Origin: Lama guanicoe
Lineage: Eukaryota
Direction of reading: 5' to 3'
NCBI GenBank assembly: GCA_013239625.1
Contig: MU056000.1
Span: 744,001 to 808,000 of the forward strand
Length of the DNA: 64,000 bases
Part shown: positions 13,601 to 56,109 of the stretch, in pieces
How the letters are laid out: each line of letters starts with the position of its first letter
Position numbering within the stretch: position 1 is the stretch's first letter
Position numbers and translations under genes: made by a program
Notes under the pieces: generated by a model
What the model saw: only the letters and a program-made list of their open reading frames with translations
What the model was told of the DNA's origin: nothing
The model's database searches: none

Positions 13601-14119
13601 AGACAAGCAGAGGCCACGGACGTGGCTGATCGGGAGCACCGCAGAGAGATTAAAGGATTGGGGAACAGAACAGAAAAAGCCAAACACGGAGGAATCCGTT
13701 TACCCTTTAAATCACCTGTTTCACTGTTGCCAAACCTTCGCTAAAATGCTTCTCTCAAAGGAAAAAATCACACGGCTTTTCTGGGCTTTAACACTCAGAC
13801 TCTGTCTAAAGGTCACTGGGTGAAGAGCGTCAATCAGACAACAAAGTGCAGCGCGGACCGAGGCGCCGAGGCCTCCCATGGGTGGAAGGCCGGGCGCAGG
13901 AAGCCCCTACCTTCCGGGAGCTTGGTTCCCACGCCGCATCAGTGGAGAGAACACTTCAGGTGTTCTGAAATGAACGCATTTCACTTGTGTTACAGCCTTA
14001 CCTCTCCTTGGAGAACAGACACCAAACACAGCATTCATGTGTCTAGCCCGGCCGGGGGTGAGATTGGACCAGAATTACAGACTTTCAGATGCGATACAGG
14101 GCCTTCCATCATCTGTGCT

Positions 14120-14345
14120 TCCACCCACCCGCCTGCCCGTCCACCCACCCAAGTGCCCCTCCATCCACTCACCCATCCGTCCACCCGTCCACCCGTCCAC
14201 CATTCATCCATTTATCCACCCATCAGCCCAACTGCTTGCCATCGGCCCTCCCTCCCTCCTTCGTCTGTCTAGACTTCACCCGCCCACCCATTCTTCCACC
14301 CCTCTTCCCTCCCTCCTTTCTCCCCTCCTCCTCCTATCCACCCGC
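14120..14345. repeat. Degenerate (CCAT/CCAC)n low-complexity tract
   Basis: ccatccactcacccatccgtccacccgtccacccgtccaccattcatccatttatccacc. Confidence 0.8.
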
Positions 14346-14844
14346 TGCCCAGCCATCTAAATACCTACCCCTTAACTCATTCATCTGTAAGTGCGCATCA
14401 AGCCCCACTGTCTGCTGTGTGCAGGTCCATTGTAGACGCTGGCAGAAGCGAATGGGGCCGGCTCATTCCCAGGGGAGCTCTCCACACACCGGGGAGACAG
14501 TGAGCATGCTCCCTCCCATGGGACACCTGCTGGGGAGGCCTGGGGAGAGTGGGGGAGGTTCGAGGAGCGCTGACCAGGGGCCCAGCACAGAGGCAGGGGT
14601 CGGAGCAGGCTTTCAGAGGTGGTGTCCAAGAGAAGCTGTGATGGCGGCAGAGGTAAGTGGTTGGAAAGCAGGGGCCGGGAGTACGAAGGAGATTGTTCCG
14701 GGTGGAGAACAAGGGGAGGCACCAGGCAGGGGGAGGCAGCAGGGGAGGCGGGTGGGTCTGGAGTGCCGAGGCGGTCCCGGACGTCCGGCAGGCTCGCCGT
14801 CTGTGCCAGTGTCCTGGGAGCACCGAGGCCGTGGGCCAGGACCG

Positions 14845-15100
14845 CCAGGAATTCGTTCTCTCTGGAGGCGAGCCTGAAGTCAGCTGTGGGTGGGGCTGGT
14901 CCCTCCTGTGGGGCCCTGAGAGGGCGTGCGGCCCAGCCTCCCTCCCTCCCAGCGTCTGGTGCCCGGTGACCCCGGCATCACTCTGGCCTCTCTGGAGGCG
15001 GTCACACGCCGTCTCCTGGGTGTGTCTCTGTGTCTCTCTCCATCTGTAAGGTCACCAGGCACATTGCTGCTCGTCTTAACTAACCCACCTCTCACATGCG
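14845..15100 (-). mobile_element. MaLR MLT1-like LTR fragment
   Basis: ctggaggc..gaagtc..ctggtccctcctgtggggccctgagaggg...tgtaaggtcaccagg..cattg...tcttaactaa. Confidence 0.5.
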
Positions 15101-15959
15101 TTGCCTGTGTGGGAAGATGCCTCCCGTCACCACACGGCTAGCCCTGGAAGATGGCAGCCCCTGTGTCGTGAGTCTGCGGGACAACAGGGGCTCCAGCCTG
15201 TCCAGCCCTCTGATGCTTCCCGGCACAGTGACGACCACGTGCTTCCAGCAAGGTCACAGTCTGAGGGCTGCCGCCCTGCTCTGCCCTGCTGGTCAGTGCC
15301 GTCTGCCGACAGGCCGGCCTCGCTGAGCTGAAACGTGTCCGCTCGGCACCGGCCTGTGTCTCTGTGGTTCCAACTTGGGCTCGAGAGCCCTCTCACACGT
15401 GTGTCCTGACTGCCGGCCATGCTCGTTCTGCTGGGCGTGCAGTTAGAGGCGGAACTGTGTTTGGGGACGTGCACCTTCTCGGGCTGGGACTCCTGAGAAA
15501 CAGAGCCTGAAATGGGGTTCCCCCGATTCAGTGGTGGGGTGTCACCCACGGGGAGCCCAGAGCACGGACCACGGCAGAGCAGACCTGGAGCGGGGATGGT
15601 AGGCTCGGCTCAGACAGTGGTGGCCGGGGCGGGCCACCTGGCAGGTGCTGGGGGGTCCAGGCGCGAGCGCTGGAGCTGCACCTGCAGCAGGCGGGGAGCG
15701 GCCGCACCCGACGGCAGGAGGAACCCCACGTGACGGGGCTGCGCCTGCAGACAAGGCCGGCTCTTCCCCGCTCACCGCGGGGCGCCTCTCCTGTACAGAT
15801 GTGACTGTTCCTGTCGCCCCCGCTCACTGGCGGGGTGTCAGCTGCTGAAACCGGCTGGGGCGGCGGGTGAGGGAGGCATCCTGTCAGGGCTGGCGACCGA
15901 GCTCGGGCGTCTCACACAGGCTCACTGCCGGGCCCCCCGGCCAAGGGTCCTACCCTTTC

Positions 15960-16775
15960 CCTGTTGGGCTGTTAGGCGGCTGCGTGTGACTGTGACGCTG
16001 TGAGCAGTCACGCCGCCTCCCCCCCACCGCTCAGGGCTGCTCACAAAACCCTCGGAACTTCCTGGGCAGTAACAGCTGCAGGATCGTCTTTCTCGACGAT
16101 ATTTGGTCTCTTGTCCGCAGCTTCAAAGCAAGGACAGCGAGGGGGTGTCTCACTGTCCATGCCAAGCCCCTCCCCCCACAGCGGGCTTGACGTGAATGAA
16201 GAGACTTGGAAGCGTCTAAGGTGGAGCTGGAGGCCGGGAGCTGACCACAGACTAGAGGGTTGGAGCTTTCAGTCCCCACCTCCGAGGAGGGGAGAGGGGC
16301 TGGAGGTTGAGCCACTCCCCAGTGGCCAATGATTTAATCAATCGTGTCTGTGTAATGAAGCCTCCATAAAAACCTGCAGAAGGATGTTCAGAGAGCTTCT
16401 GGGTTGAGGACCCAGAACACTCCCCTGGGGCCCCAGCCTCCACGAAGGCAGAAGCCCCTGTGTCCTGGTGCCGCGGTGGGAACAGTGGGTTCCTGAGTCC
16501 CGGGAGCCGGGCCAGGGGGTTCATCGAACCTGAGGAGTGGTTGTTGGCACCCCTGACCTCGAGCCCTCGGGAAACACAGGTGACAGCCTGGACTGTGACT
16601 GGCATCTGAGGCGGGGCAGTCGTGTGGGACAGAGCCCTGAACCCATGGGGTCAGACACCACCTCCAGGTGGGCAGCATCAGAGCTGAACTGAATTGTCGG
16701 ACACCCAGCTAGCGCCTGAGAGCTGCTCGGAGGGGTGGGAAACCCCCCACACACTGGACTTGGGTTCAGAATCGT
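15960..16775 (+). mobile_element. MER21-like ERVL solo LTR
   Basis: tagagggttggagctttcagtcccc, ggccaatgatttaatcaatc..gtaatgaagcctccataaaaacc, gaactgaattgtcggacacccagct, aaccccccacacac. Confidence 0.7.
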
Positions 16776-18364
16776 AGTTCTTCTTGGTCTTATTGATTTG
16801 TGGGAGTTGTTTACATGTGCAGGCTGTAAGCCCTTTGTCGCTTCCTGATGTGGCTCAGCTCCCGGGCAGGACCCCAGCTCAGACACTTGAGGATGGGACA
16901 CCAGCGAGACCCTGTCAGGACCCAGGGGCTGTGGAGGCAAGAACCCCCCGCTGTCCCAGGGCAGCCTGGCTCCCCAGAGCGGCCCCAGACTGTCCAGAGA
17001 GGCCCTGGGCACTGCAGCTGAGTGTGCACGTGCACTCTCGCGTGTGAGGGGCAGCTGGCCATGTGGGCTTGCGTGTGCGTGTGTGCAGGGGCTCGTGTGC
17101 GTGGGCGTGATGTGTGTGTCCTGCATGTGTACGTGGGCATGGGTGCCATGTTCAGCACGTCTCGAGGTGTGTAAGACAAGTGCAGCACGCATGGGGTGTG
17201 TCTGTGGGCACGTGTGTCCCCGTGGGTCGGGGGACATGGAGGAAGGACAGCCCTGGGAGCTCTGGGACGTCTTTTCCACTCCGAGCCTCTATCCTCACAG
17301 CTCCGCTCGCCTGGGGAGAGGCCCCTGAAGCCTCTGGGGCTGGGGCTTGACTCACAAATTTCTTCCAGGAAGCTGTGGGGTGAGGGGACCGCAGGGACAG
17401 AAATGGCCGGGGTCCTGCCCGCGCCACAGAGGCTGAGAACGGTGAGTCACAGTGGACCTCAGCGGTAGGGGGGGGACTGGGTGGCACTGAGATCAGGCCT
17501 TTGTCCCCTTGGGGTGAGTTTTGTGCCCAGCCCAGGATTGGCTATGACGTCTTCACCTGTGACACCTGGAGGCTGACCCAGAAGCAGACCGTGGGGAGAC
17601 AGGTCCCGGAGATGGGAGAGCTACATCCGGGGGCAGACAGGACCCCAGGAGAGCAGCACCAGGAGGTGCTGGATGGTCCAGGTGAGGCCCATCACTATGT
17701 GGCTGGTGGGGAGGAGCCGCCAGGAGCAGCTGGTGTGGGCTCTGTGGTCCCTGGGAAAGGAGGATGTGCTCGGGGGATTTGGGAAAAGAAAGATCATGTG
17801 GGCCCGGTATGGGTGTGCCCGCGGGATCCCTGGCTGGGGCAGGACGGGGGCCTGGCAGAGAGACCAGTGTCCTATCAGGCGGGTCACAGCTGCCTGACCA
17901 CTGATCACAGCAGGGGCGTCAGTGTCTATTCCAGGCACCGTGACCCACCACAGGGGCCTCCTCTGGGCTGTGGCCAGAGCTGACTGGTGAAGAGAAGGAC
18001 CCCTTTAGCCACAGAGTGGGCAAGAGATCTTTAGGGACCTAAGGCAGGGAGCCACTCGGGACTCTGGTGTCATGTCCCCAGAAGAGGCACTTGGGCTGGG
18101 CAGTGGCGGTGGTCACACTGCAGGGCTGGAGTCTGGATGTGAGGCAGGATGGGGTGGGGGGGCAGGACGGGGCAGCACTGAGCCAGCGGGGCCCTGGGCA
18201 GGTTCCGGGTAAGCCCAGCAGACCTGCAGGGGCCCCAGCTGTGCTCCCTTTCGGCTCAGAAGAAGCGCGTGAAGGCAGTTCTGGCGGGAGGGGAGTGGGG
18301 CCCGAGGCAGCCGGCCCTGGCGAAACGGTGGGCTAAGCAAGAACGTGGCCACAGAGCCACGGCC

Positions 18365-19627
18365 ATTTTCCCACGGGTTTCTTTATTGTTGGTGACGACC
18401 ACAGGAGGCCCCGGTGGAGACCGATGGACATGGACGACACAGGGTTTTACATGAGCACGGGGCACTCCTGGACAGGACAAGGGACCCGGTTCCCCCCAGA
18501 ACTGCACGCAAGCTCCGGCTGACACGCTGGCTCCCCCCGAGTGGCTGGTTCCACCGCGCCTGGGCTGAGGTCCGCTCGCAGGGATGGTCGAGAAGGCTCC
18601 GCGGGCTGGAGCCGGCCCAGAGCACACGGCCAGCCCCCGGGTGGCCGTGCGGGGAACAGTCCTTGGTCAACAGTCCAAATCCTCGTCAACAGCAGGACAT
18701 GAGCAGGCAGATTTCAGAAACCAGCCCGGATGCTGAGTGCTGGTTCTGATGCACAGGTAAGCAGAGTGCCAAAAGCCGTTCCCTAAGGGAACGAGCGCTG
18801 TTACTGATGCGACAGGTGCCCGGAGAGATCCCGGCGGGGTCTCCCCCCGAGGTCGGGGTGTCCAGGCCGCGGCCTCGGGACAGGGTCTGCGCGGTCAGGG
18901 CCCACGCGGGGGACGGTCTCCTGTTCCCGGGGAGCTCGCTTTCTCCAGAGCAGGGTGTCCACGGTGAGGTGGCCAAGAGCTCTCTGGGACGCACATCGGG
19001 CAGGGGTGGCGGCAGCCCACGCGGACTTGGCGGAGCTCTGTTCCCTCGGCTGCAAGGAAATAGACAGCGCTCCCACTGCACACCCGGCCCCCACCCCCGT
19101 GGGGGCTGAGCGGACGGGTGACGTGGGGATGCGCGGCCCCACGCTGTCATCTTCTGTGCGGCCTCCTCCGTCTCACCTCTGCACAATCAGGCAGAATAGA
19201 CACTTGGTTTTTTAATATGAGTGAAACAAAGGATCCAGGAAGCTACTGTGAGCGCTGGGATTCTCAGCAGAGAATCTGTAATCTACAGTCATGGTGCTTC
19301 TCAGCACACGGGTGACAGCAGGTGTGGGCTGTGGGGGCGCTGGGGTGGGTGCGGCGGGGAGGGGCCAGCTCTACACACACGGCACAGGACTCCGGCGTTG
19401 CTACCTGCGGAGCAGCACAGGCTACGTGAGTTACACAGCGGCGCGGACGGGCGGGGCGCCTCCCCGCGGCCGAGAGGGCATGGACGTCAGGGGTGGAGAC
19501 GCGCGTGTCCAGTGGAGCAGAGGCTACAGAGAGGAGCAGCCCTCCTTTCTCTTAAGCTCAGGTTTTCCTTCTTCGTTTTCGTCTGTCCTGCAGCGGTCGG
19601 CGCCTGGGGTCTCCCTTCTCTGCTCCC
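18365..19627 (-). other. SLC6A3: SLC6A3 3'UTR (~1.26 kb)
   Basis: Runs from the stop codon to the first canonical AATAAA found on the minus strand (18382-18387). The cleavage position is estimated. Confidence 0.75.
18382..18387 (-). terminator. SLC6A3 polyadenylation signal AATAAA
   Basis: + strand tttatt reads minus CAATAAAG, followed by a GU/U-rich tract (gtggctctgtggccacgttcttgctt). Confidence 0.75.
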
Positions 19628-51528
<31,901 letters not shown>

Positions 51529-52363
51529 GGGCGACCTGGACTCGGGAATGCGGTGCGCTGTTGCTCTTGGTCTTCAGCTGGCATGAAAATGAACACACAC
51601 AGGAATGCAATGGTTTAGCAGCCAGGACGGCAATGCACCGGTGGCCCGATGGAGAGTAAGGCTTTCACAGCTGCTGCTTCGGAGCAGAACAAACACATTC
51701 CAGGCCCCTGAGAGGATGCAGCCAGGGATGGGGCTGCTAGGACTGGGCCAGCCCACCTGGCAGGGCTGGGAGATGGGCTGTGGAAGCTCGGGACAGACAC
51801 CTGCTCTGTGCCCTCCTCCCCCGGTGCCCTCCCCATTCCTATCAAAGTGCAAGGCTGCGTAATCTCGAATTTGGTTTTAATCATAACACAAGATGTTACC
51901 TCCACCCTCCCCCACAGTGCCAGGGAACAATGTTACAATCCTCGAAGAGTGTTCAACAGTGAGACGCCACAACTGTACGTATGTGTTCTTTATAGTTGGC
52001 GATGAAAGTGGAGAGCAAATTTTTAAAACTAATGTCAGCCACAGGAACTCAATGATTAAAAGTAACAATGACAATGCTTTCCTTCAAGGGACGGCTGCAC
52101 CAGCCCTGTCTGCCTGTGGCCCCACCTGGACGCACCTGGTGAGAGCTTCCTGCCAGGCTGCACCTGAACATTTATAGGACTAGCTCCTGAACTAGCATCT
52201 TTACCAGGGAAGCTGGCTCTGAGCTATGTTCATGAAACTCTGGGGACTTCAATCCAGGAGAACAGAAGAAATTACACAGTCACAGCCAAGAGCAGGGGGT
52301 CCTCGAGGCCAAGGGCAGCTGCAAATATACTTCTTCTGGCATTTTGTTTCAGCTGTACACACT

Positions 52364-52401
52364 TGTGCACACGTGCGTGTGTGTGTGTGTGTGTGTGCGC
52401 A

Positions 52402-52436
<35 letters not shown>

Positions 52437-52437
52437 A
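52364..52437. repeat. Compound inverted microsatellite (GT)10-GCGCACGTGCGCGCGCGC-(AC)11 in intron 1
   Basis: Read directly from the sequence. Confidence 0.95.
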
Positions 52438-52949
52438 GGAGCAGAAGGGAGCAGGATGGCAGCAGTAATGGGGCAATTTCCCTCTTCATCCAAGTTTGAA
52501 CAAAACTCAGAGCACAAGCCATCTTCTGCGCGGCTTCTCCAGGACAAACCCGGCAGCACTTTCCTAGGGTGAGTGAAGAGGCCCAGGAGGGGCTTCACCA
52601 GAGGAGAGGGTGGGACTGGCTGGCTGTGGGGTCTGCTTGGGGAGGGATGGACTTGAACTGGTGGCAGATCACAGCCCTTTTGCTCTGACAGCGGCCCTCG
52701 CAGGCGCATCGAGGACCGCCTGCCGGGAAACCCCAGGCTGGGCATTTGGGGTGAACCCACACACTCCCGAAGCCGCCACCTCAGAGGCCAGGCTTGGGCA
52801 CAGGAAGCAGAACGTGGTTCTGAGGAAGCGTGGATCTGCACCCAGAACAGAAACGGAGCTCCGGTCCTTCCCTGCAGGCAGCCTGGACGCCCCGCAACCC
52901 CGTGCCCCACCTCATCTCAAAATCAAAGACCAAACCCCGTGAGAGGCAG

Positions 52950-54010
52950 CAGCTGCCTGGGAAAACCACCCGCGCTCGGTCAGGGGCCGCTGGCCCGGGT
53001 CCGCCTCGCCCTGCGCTGCGTCTGGCTCAAGGGCGGAATCAGCCACAGCTGCCGCCCCCGAGTCCACGGCACGGAAGCCTGGGACAGCCGCCCCCTGCCC
53101 GAACCGCTCCCCGCTGGGGCAGGGCCGGGCGAGGGCCCGCGAGGGGCGCACACCAGCCCCCACCCCCTCTTGTGTACACGCCGCGCGGCCACAGATCGCC
53201 TTAAGGTCGCCAATGGCACTGTTGCGGGGCGCTGTGCACCTCAACTGTTGGCCACTTTTGGAGACGCCGCCGCCTGCGGGATGTGGCACTCCCGACGGCG
53301 CCCGCCCCTGCCAGGCGCCCCTCGGCCGCAGCCTTCGGGATCCGAGTGGGGAGCGGCGCCCTCGAAGGCTGTGCGGGGGACGCCTGCGAAGGGAGCGGCC
53401 CGGCCTCACCTGCGTGCCCGGCCTTGGCTCTGCCTGGGATCCCACCGCCGATCGTCCACCAAAGCTCCTTCTCTGGTCCCTCACAGCTCCGGGCTCTTAT
53501 CTTGTCGCCGGGCCACCCCGCCCGCCAACGGGGGCGCCCGCCCGCCCTGGCTCCGCCTGCGGGCCGCCCGGGTGGGCGGGGGACGAGCTCGGCCCCGCCC
53601 CTGCACCCCGCCCCCGGGACCTGGACCGCAGGGTCGAGGCGGCGGCGCCAGTCCGCTGCCAGCGGCGCGCTCTGCCCGAGGCCCTGCGCCTCCCGGGGCG
53701 CGTGGCAGCGGGGACACCTCTGGGTCCCAGGCCTCGGAGGACCCAGACGGGAGGTTTTCCGTCTCCCTCCCACCTCGCCTGCATCCCCCCAGGGCTGCCT
53801 TTGGGGGCTGCCTCGGCCCACCCACCGCTCCGCCCAGCGAGGCCCGGCAGGAGCCGCGGGCTGCGGGAGGGAGCTGGGCGGCGGGCGCGCGGGATCCCGC
53901 CGAGCGGAGCCGGCCGTGCCGATCCCACCCACCCCCCACCATGCTGTTCCCAGATGTTTTCTCCACTGTGGCCGCCCCTCCCGACGGCTGGCGCCCTGGG
54001 GACGTCTCCG
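52950..54010 (-). promoter_or_regulatory. SLC6A3 CpG-island promoter with Sp1 GC boxes and TATA-like GATAAGAGCCC (53491-53501)
   Basis: Very CpG-dense, with multiple GGGCGG/CCGCCC boxes at 53520-53615. GATAAGAGCCC matches the TAAGA element recalled from about -30 of the human DAT promoter. Confidence 0.8.
53410..53470 (-). other. SLC6A3: SLC6A3 non-coding exon 1 (5' end approximate)
   Basis: Strong donor GCAG|GTGAGG (intron starts at 53409), about 80 nt downstream of the GATAAGAGCCC element and inside the CpG island. Confidence 0.7.
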
Positions 54011-54949
54011 GACCTGCGATCTTACTCTCTTACTTGGAGTTGGAGGGGGAGCCTAGCGGCCAGGATGCCAGTCCAGCGCCTGGTGTCCTGTCGCGTTTCT
54101 AGCTGATGACACGACCCCTGCCCCTGCCCGGATGGACGGGCTCAGACCCAGCCCAGTCTGGCCGTCTCTTCTCCTGCTGTGCACCCAGGTATCTGGGCCT
54201 CGAGGTACCAGATTGTCGCTTGGATCTGGGCTGCGGAGACGTGGGTCCTTCTGTGGCCACGTGAGCAGGGCCTGGTCTCCCTTCAGCGCGGGGCAAGGAG
54301 CAGAGGGTCCCCGTGCATTGCCACATCGAGCGCTAATGGATTGGAACCAAGGGTCAGGAGTCACACTCGCACTGGAGAACGATTTCTGTGGACTGGCCTG
54401 GTGAGCCCGGCGTCAGCACTGGCTCTGGGAGGAGACTGACTGGAGTCTTTGCAGAGACGCCCCTGGCAGGACTGGGCCCTCACCACACAGCGGAGTGGCG
54501 TCCCCCGGCCACCAAGCCGGCCCAGGACCCTCAGGTGCAGACCAGCATCAAGGTAGGTAGGTGGCTGCCCTGGCTCTGCACGTCGACGGGGGCCTGGCGA
54601 CCAAGCCTGGGGCAGTCACCTCCCCACCCTGACCTCCACGTATGCTTTGATTTTCTCGCTGTGTATTTGCTGCGAGGCGGGGCCCACATGTGTCCCCACT
54701 CTCCACCCTGCTCAGCAGTGTCACAGATGCAGTGTCCCTCTGCCAGGGGTCCACAGAGCACCTTGGCTTCTCGTGCCCCCGCCTCCCACCACCTGGGCCT
54801 TATCCTGAGGCCACACCTCGCTGCCTCTCCCATAGCCTCCTGACTGGGGGTGGCTGGCACCCGGGGGAGCTGGCAGGGACTGCTCTTCCAGGCCGCGGGC
54901 TGAGTAAGGACCCTGCAGGGGAGCCCACGACCCAGTGCCTCGGTCCCTC

Positions 54950-55175
54950 TGGCCGCTGTAACACATACCACGGACTGGGCAGCTTAGGATAACGGAAATG
55001 TATGTGGCAGTGCTGGAGGCTGGAGGCCAAGTCCTCACGTGGCAGAAGGGACGTTCAAGTGCTCTGGGGCGCCTGTTACGAGAGTATCGGCCCCGTTCCT
55101 GGGAACCCAGTCCTCGTGACCTCCCAGGGCCCACCTTCCAGCACCGCTGCACGAGGGTTAGGATTTCAGTAGGCA
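54950..55175 (-). mobile_element. MaLR MLT1/MST-like LTR fragment
   Basis: gccgctgtaacacataccacggactgggcagctta..gaaatgtat..cagtgctggaggctggagg; cccaccttccagcacc..gttaggatttca. Confidence 0.6.
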
Positions 55176-56109
55176 TTTTGGGGACGCATACTCAGAGAAG
55201 TGACAGGGGTTTCAGAAGATGGTGGTGAGCCACCTTGCATCTGCGCTGCCCCAGGGGCTGTCACAGCAGGGTGACTCTCCCCACATTGCTCCTCAGTGTG
55301 GGTTTCAAGGAAAAAGAGCAGCCCTGCGTTTGAGAGGCAGGAACGCAGGGCGGGAGGGGCGAGCTCTGCCATACGTGTTGAAAGCCCACACACTGGACAG
55401 AGACACCTGGGGAGGAGCTGAGTCCTGGGGAACAGCCGAGGCCCCTGCCCAATGTGCAGGAAAGAGGGAGCAGGGGTGGGGGGAGCACGGCAGGGCAGCC
55501 TCCCCGTCCAGGCGCAGCGTGGACCCAGTGGAGGATGTTGGCCTGGGCTCAGGTGAGACAAGTGCAGCCTGGGCCCTCCAGCCCTGCCAACCCCCACCTC
55601 TAACCACGACTCAGAAGAGCCCTGGGGGTGTTCGTGACCAGGGAGCTGTGCCGGCAGCCTGGCCACAGGAGAGAGATTGTGAGCCGCCTGCTCCATCGGA
55701 ACCCTGTGGTTAAGAGCTGGTTAAACCACAGCCTTCGAGCTCTTGGAACTTTGCCCCAGACTTGTCCTCAGCATGGCTGCCGTGGGCTGGGAGCCCTGGA
55801 TGGGTGAAGGCAGAACTCAGGGCATCATCCTGCTCACCCTCAGGGCAGTTGCTCACCGTCTGGGGGGGACAGGCTGCAGCTGCAGAGCTGGGGGAGGGCC
55901 GGCGGGGCAGGTGGCAGGAGAGTCCCGGGAGAGTCCCCTCAATTCCAACCAAAGTTCTAACTGGCTTTTTTGAAGTTGGTTCTAAAATGTGTATGGACCT
56001 AGTGGAGCCAAAACAATGCTGGAAAGGAACAAGACTGGAGGACAAAGGAAATGTCTTGTAATCCCAACATCCCAGCAAAACATCTTATCTTCTGTCGTTA
56101 TCTTGCCAT

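Noticed and set aside
52939-54106. Overlapping 243-387-aa ORFs on both strands
   Set aside because: Artefact of the promoter CpG island.
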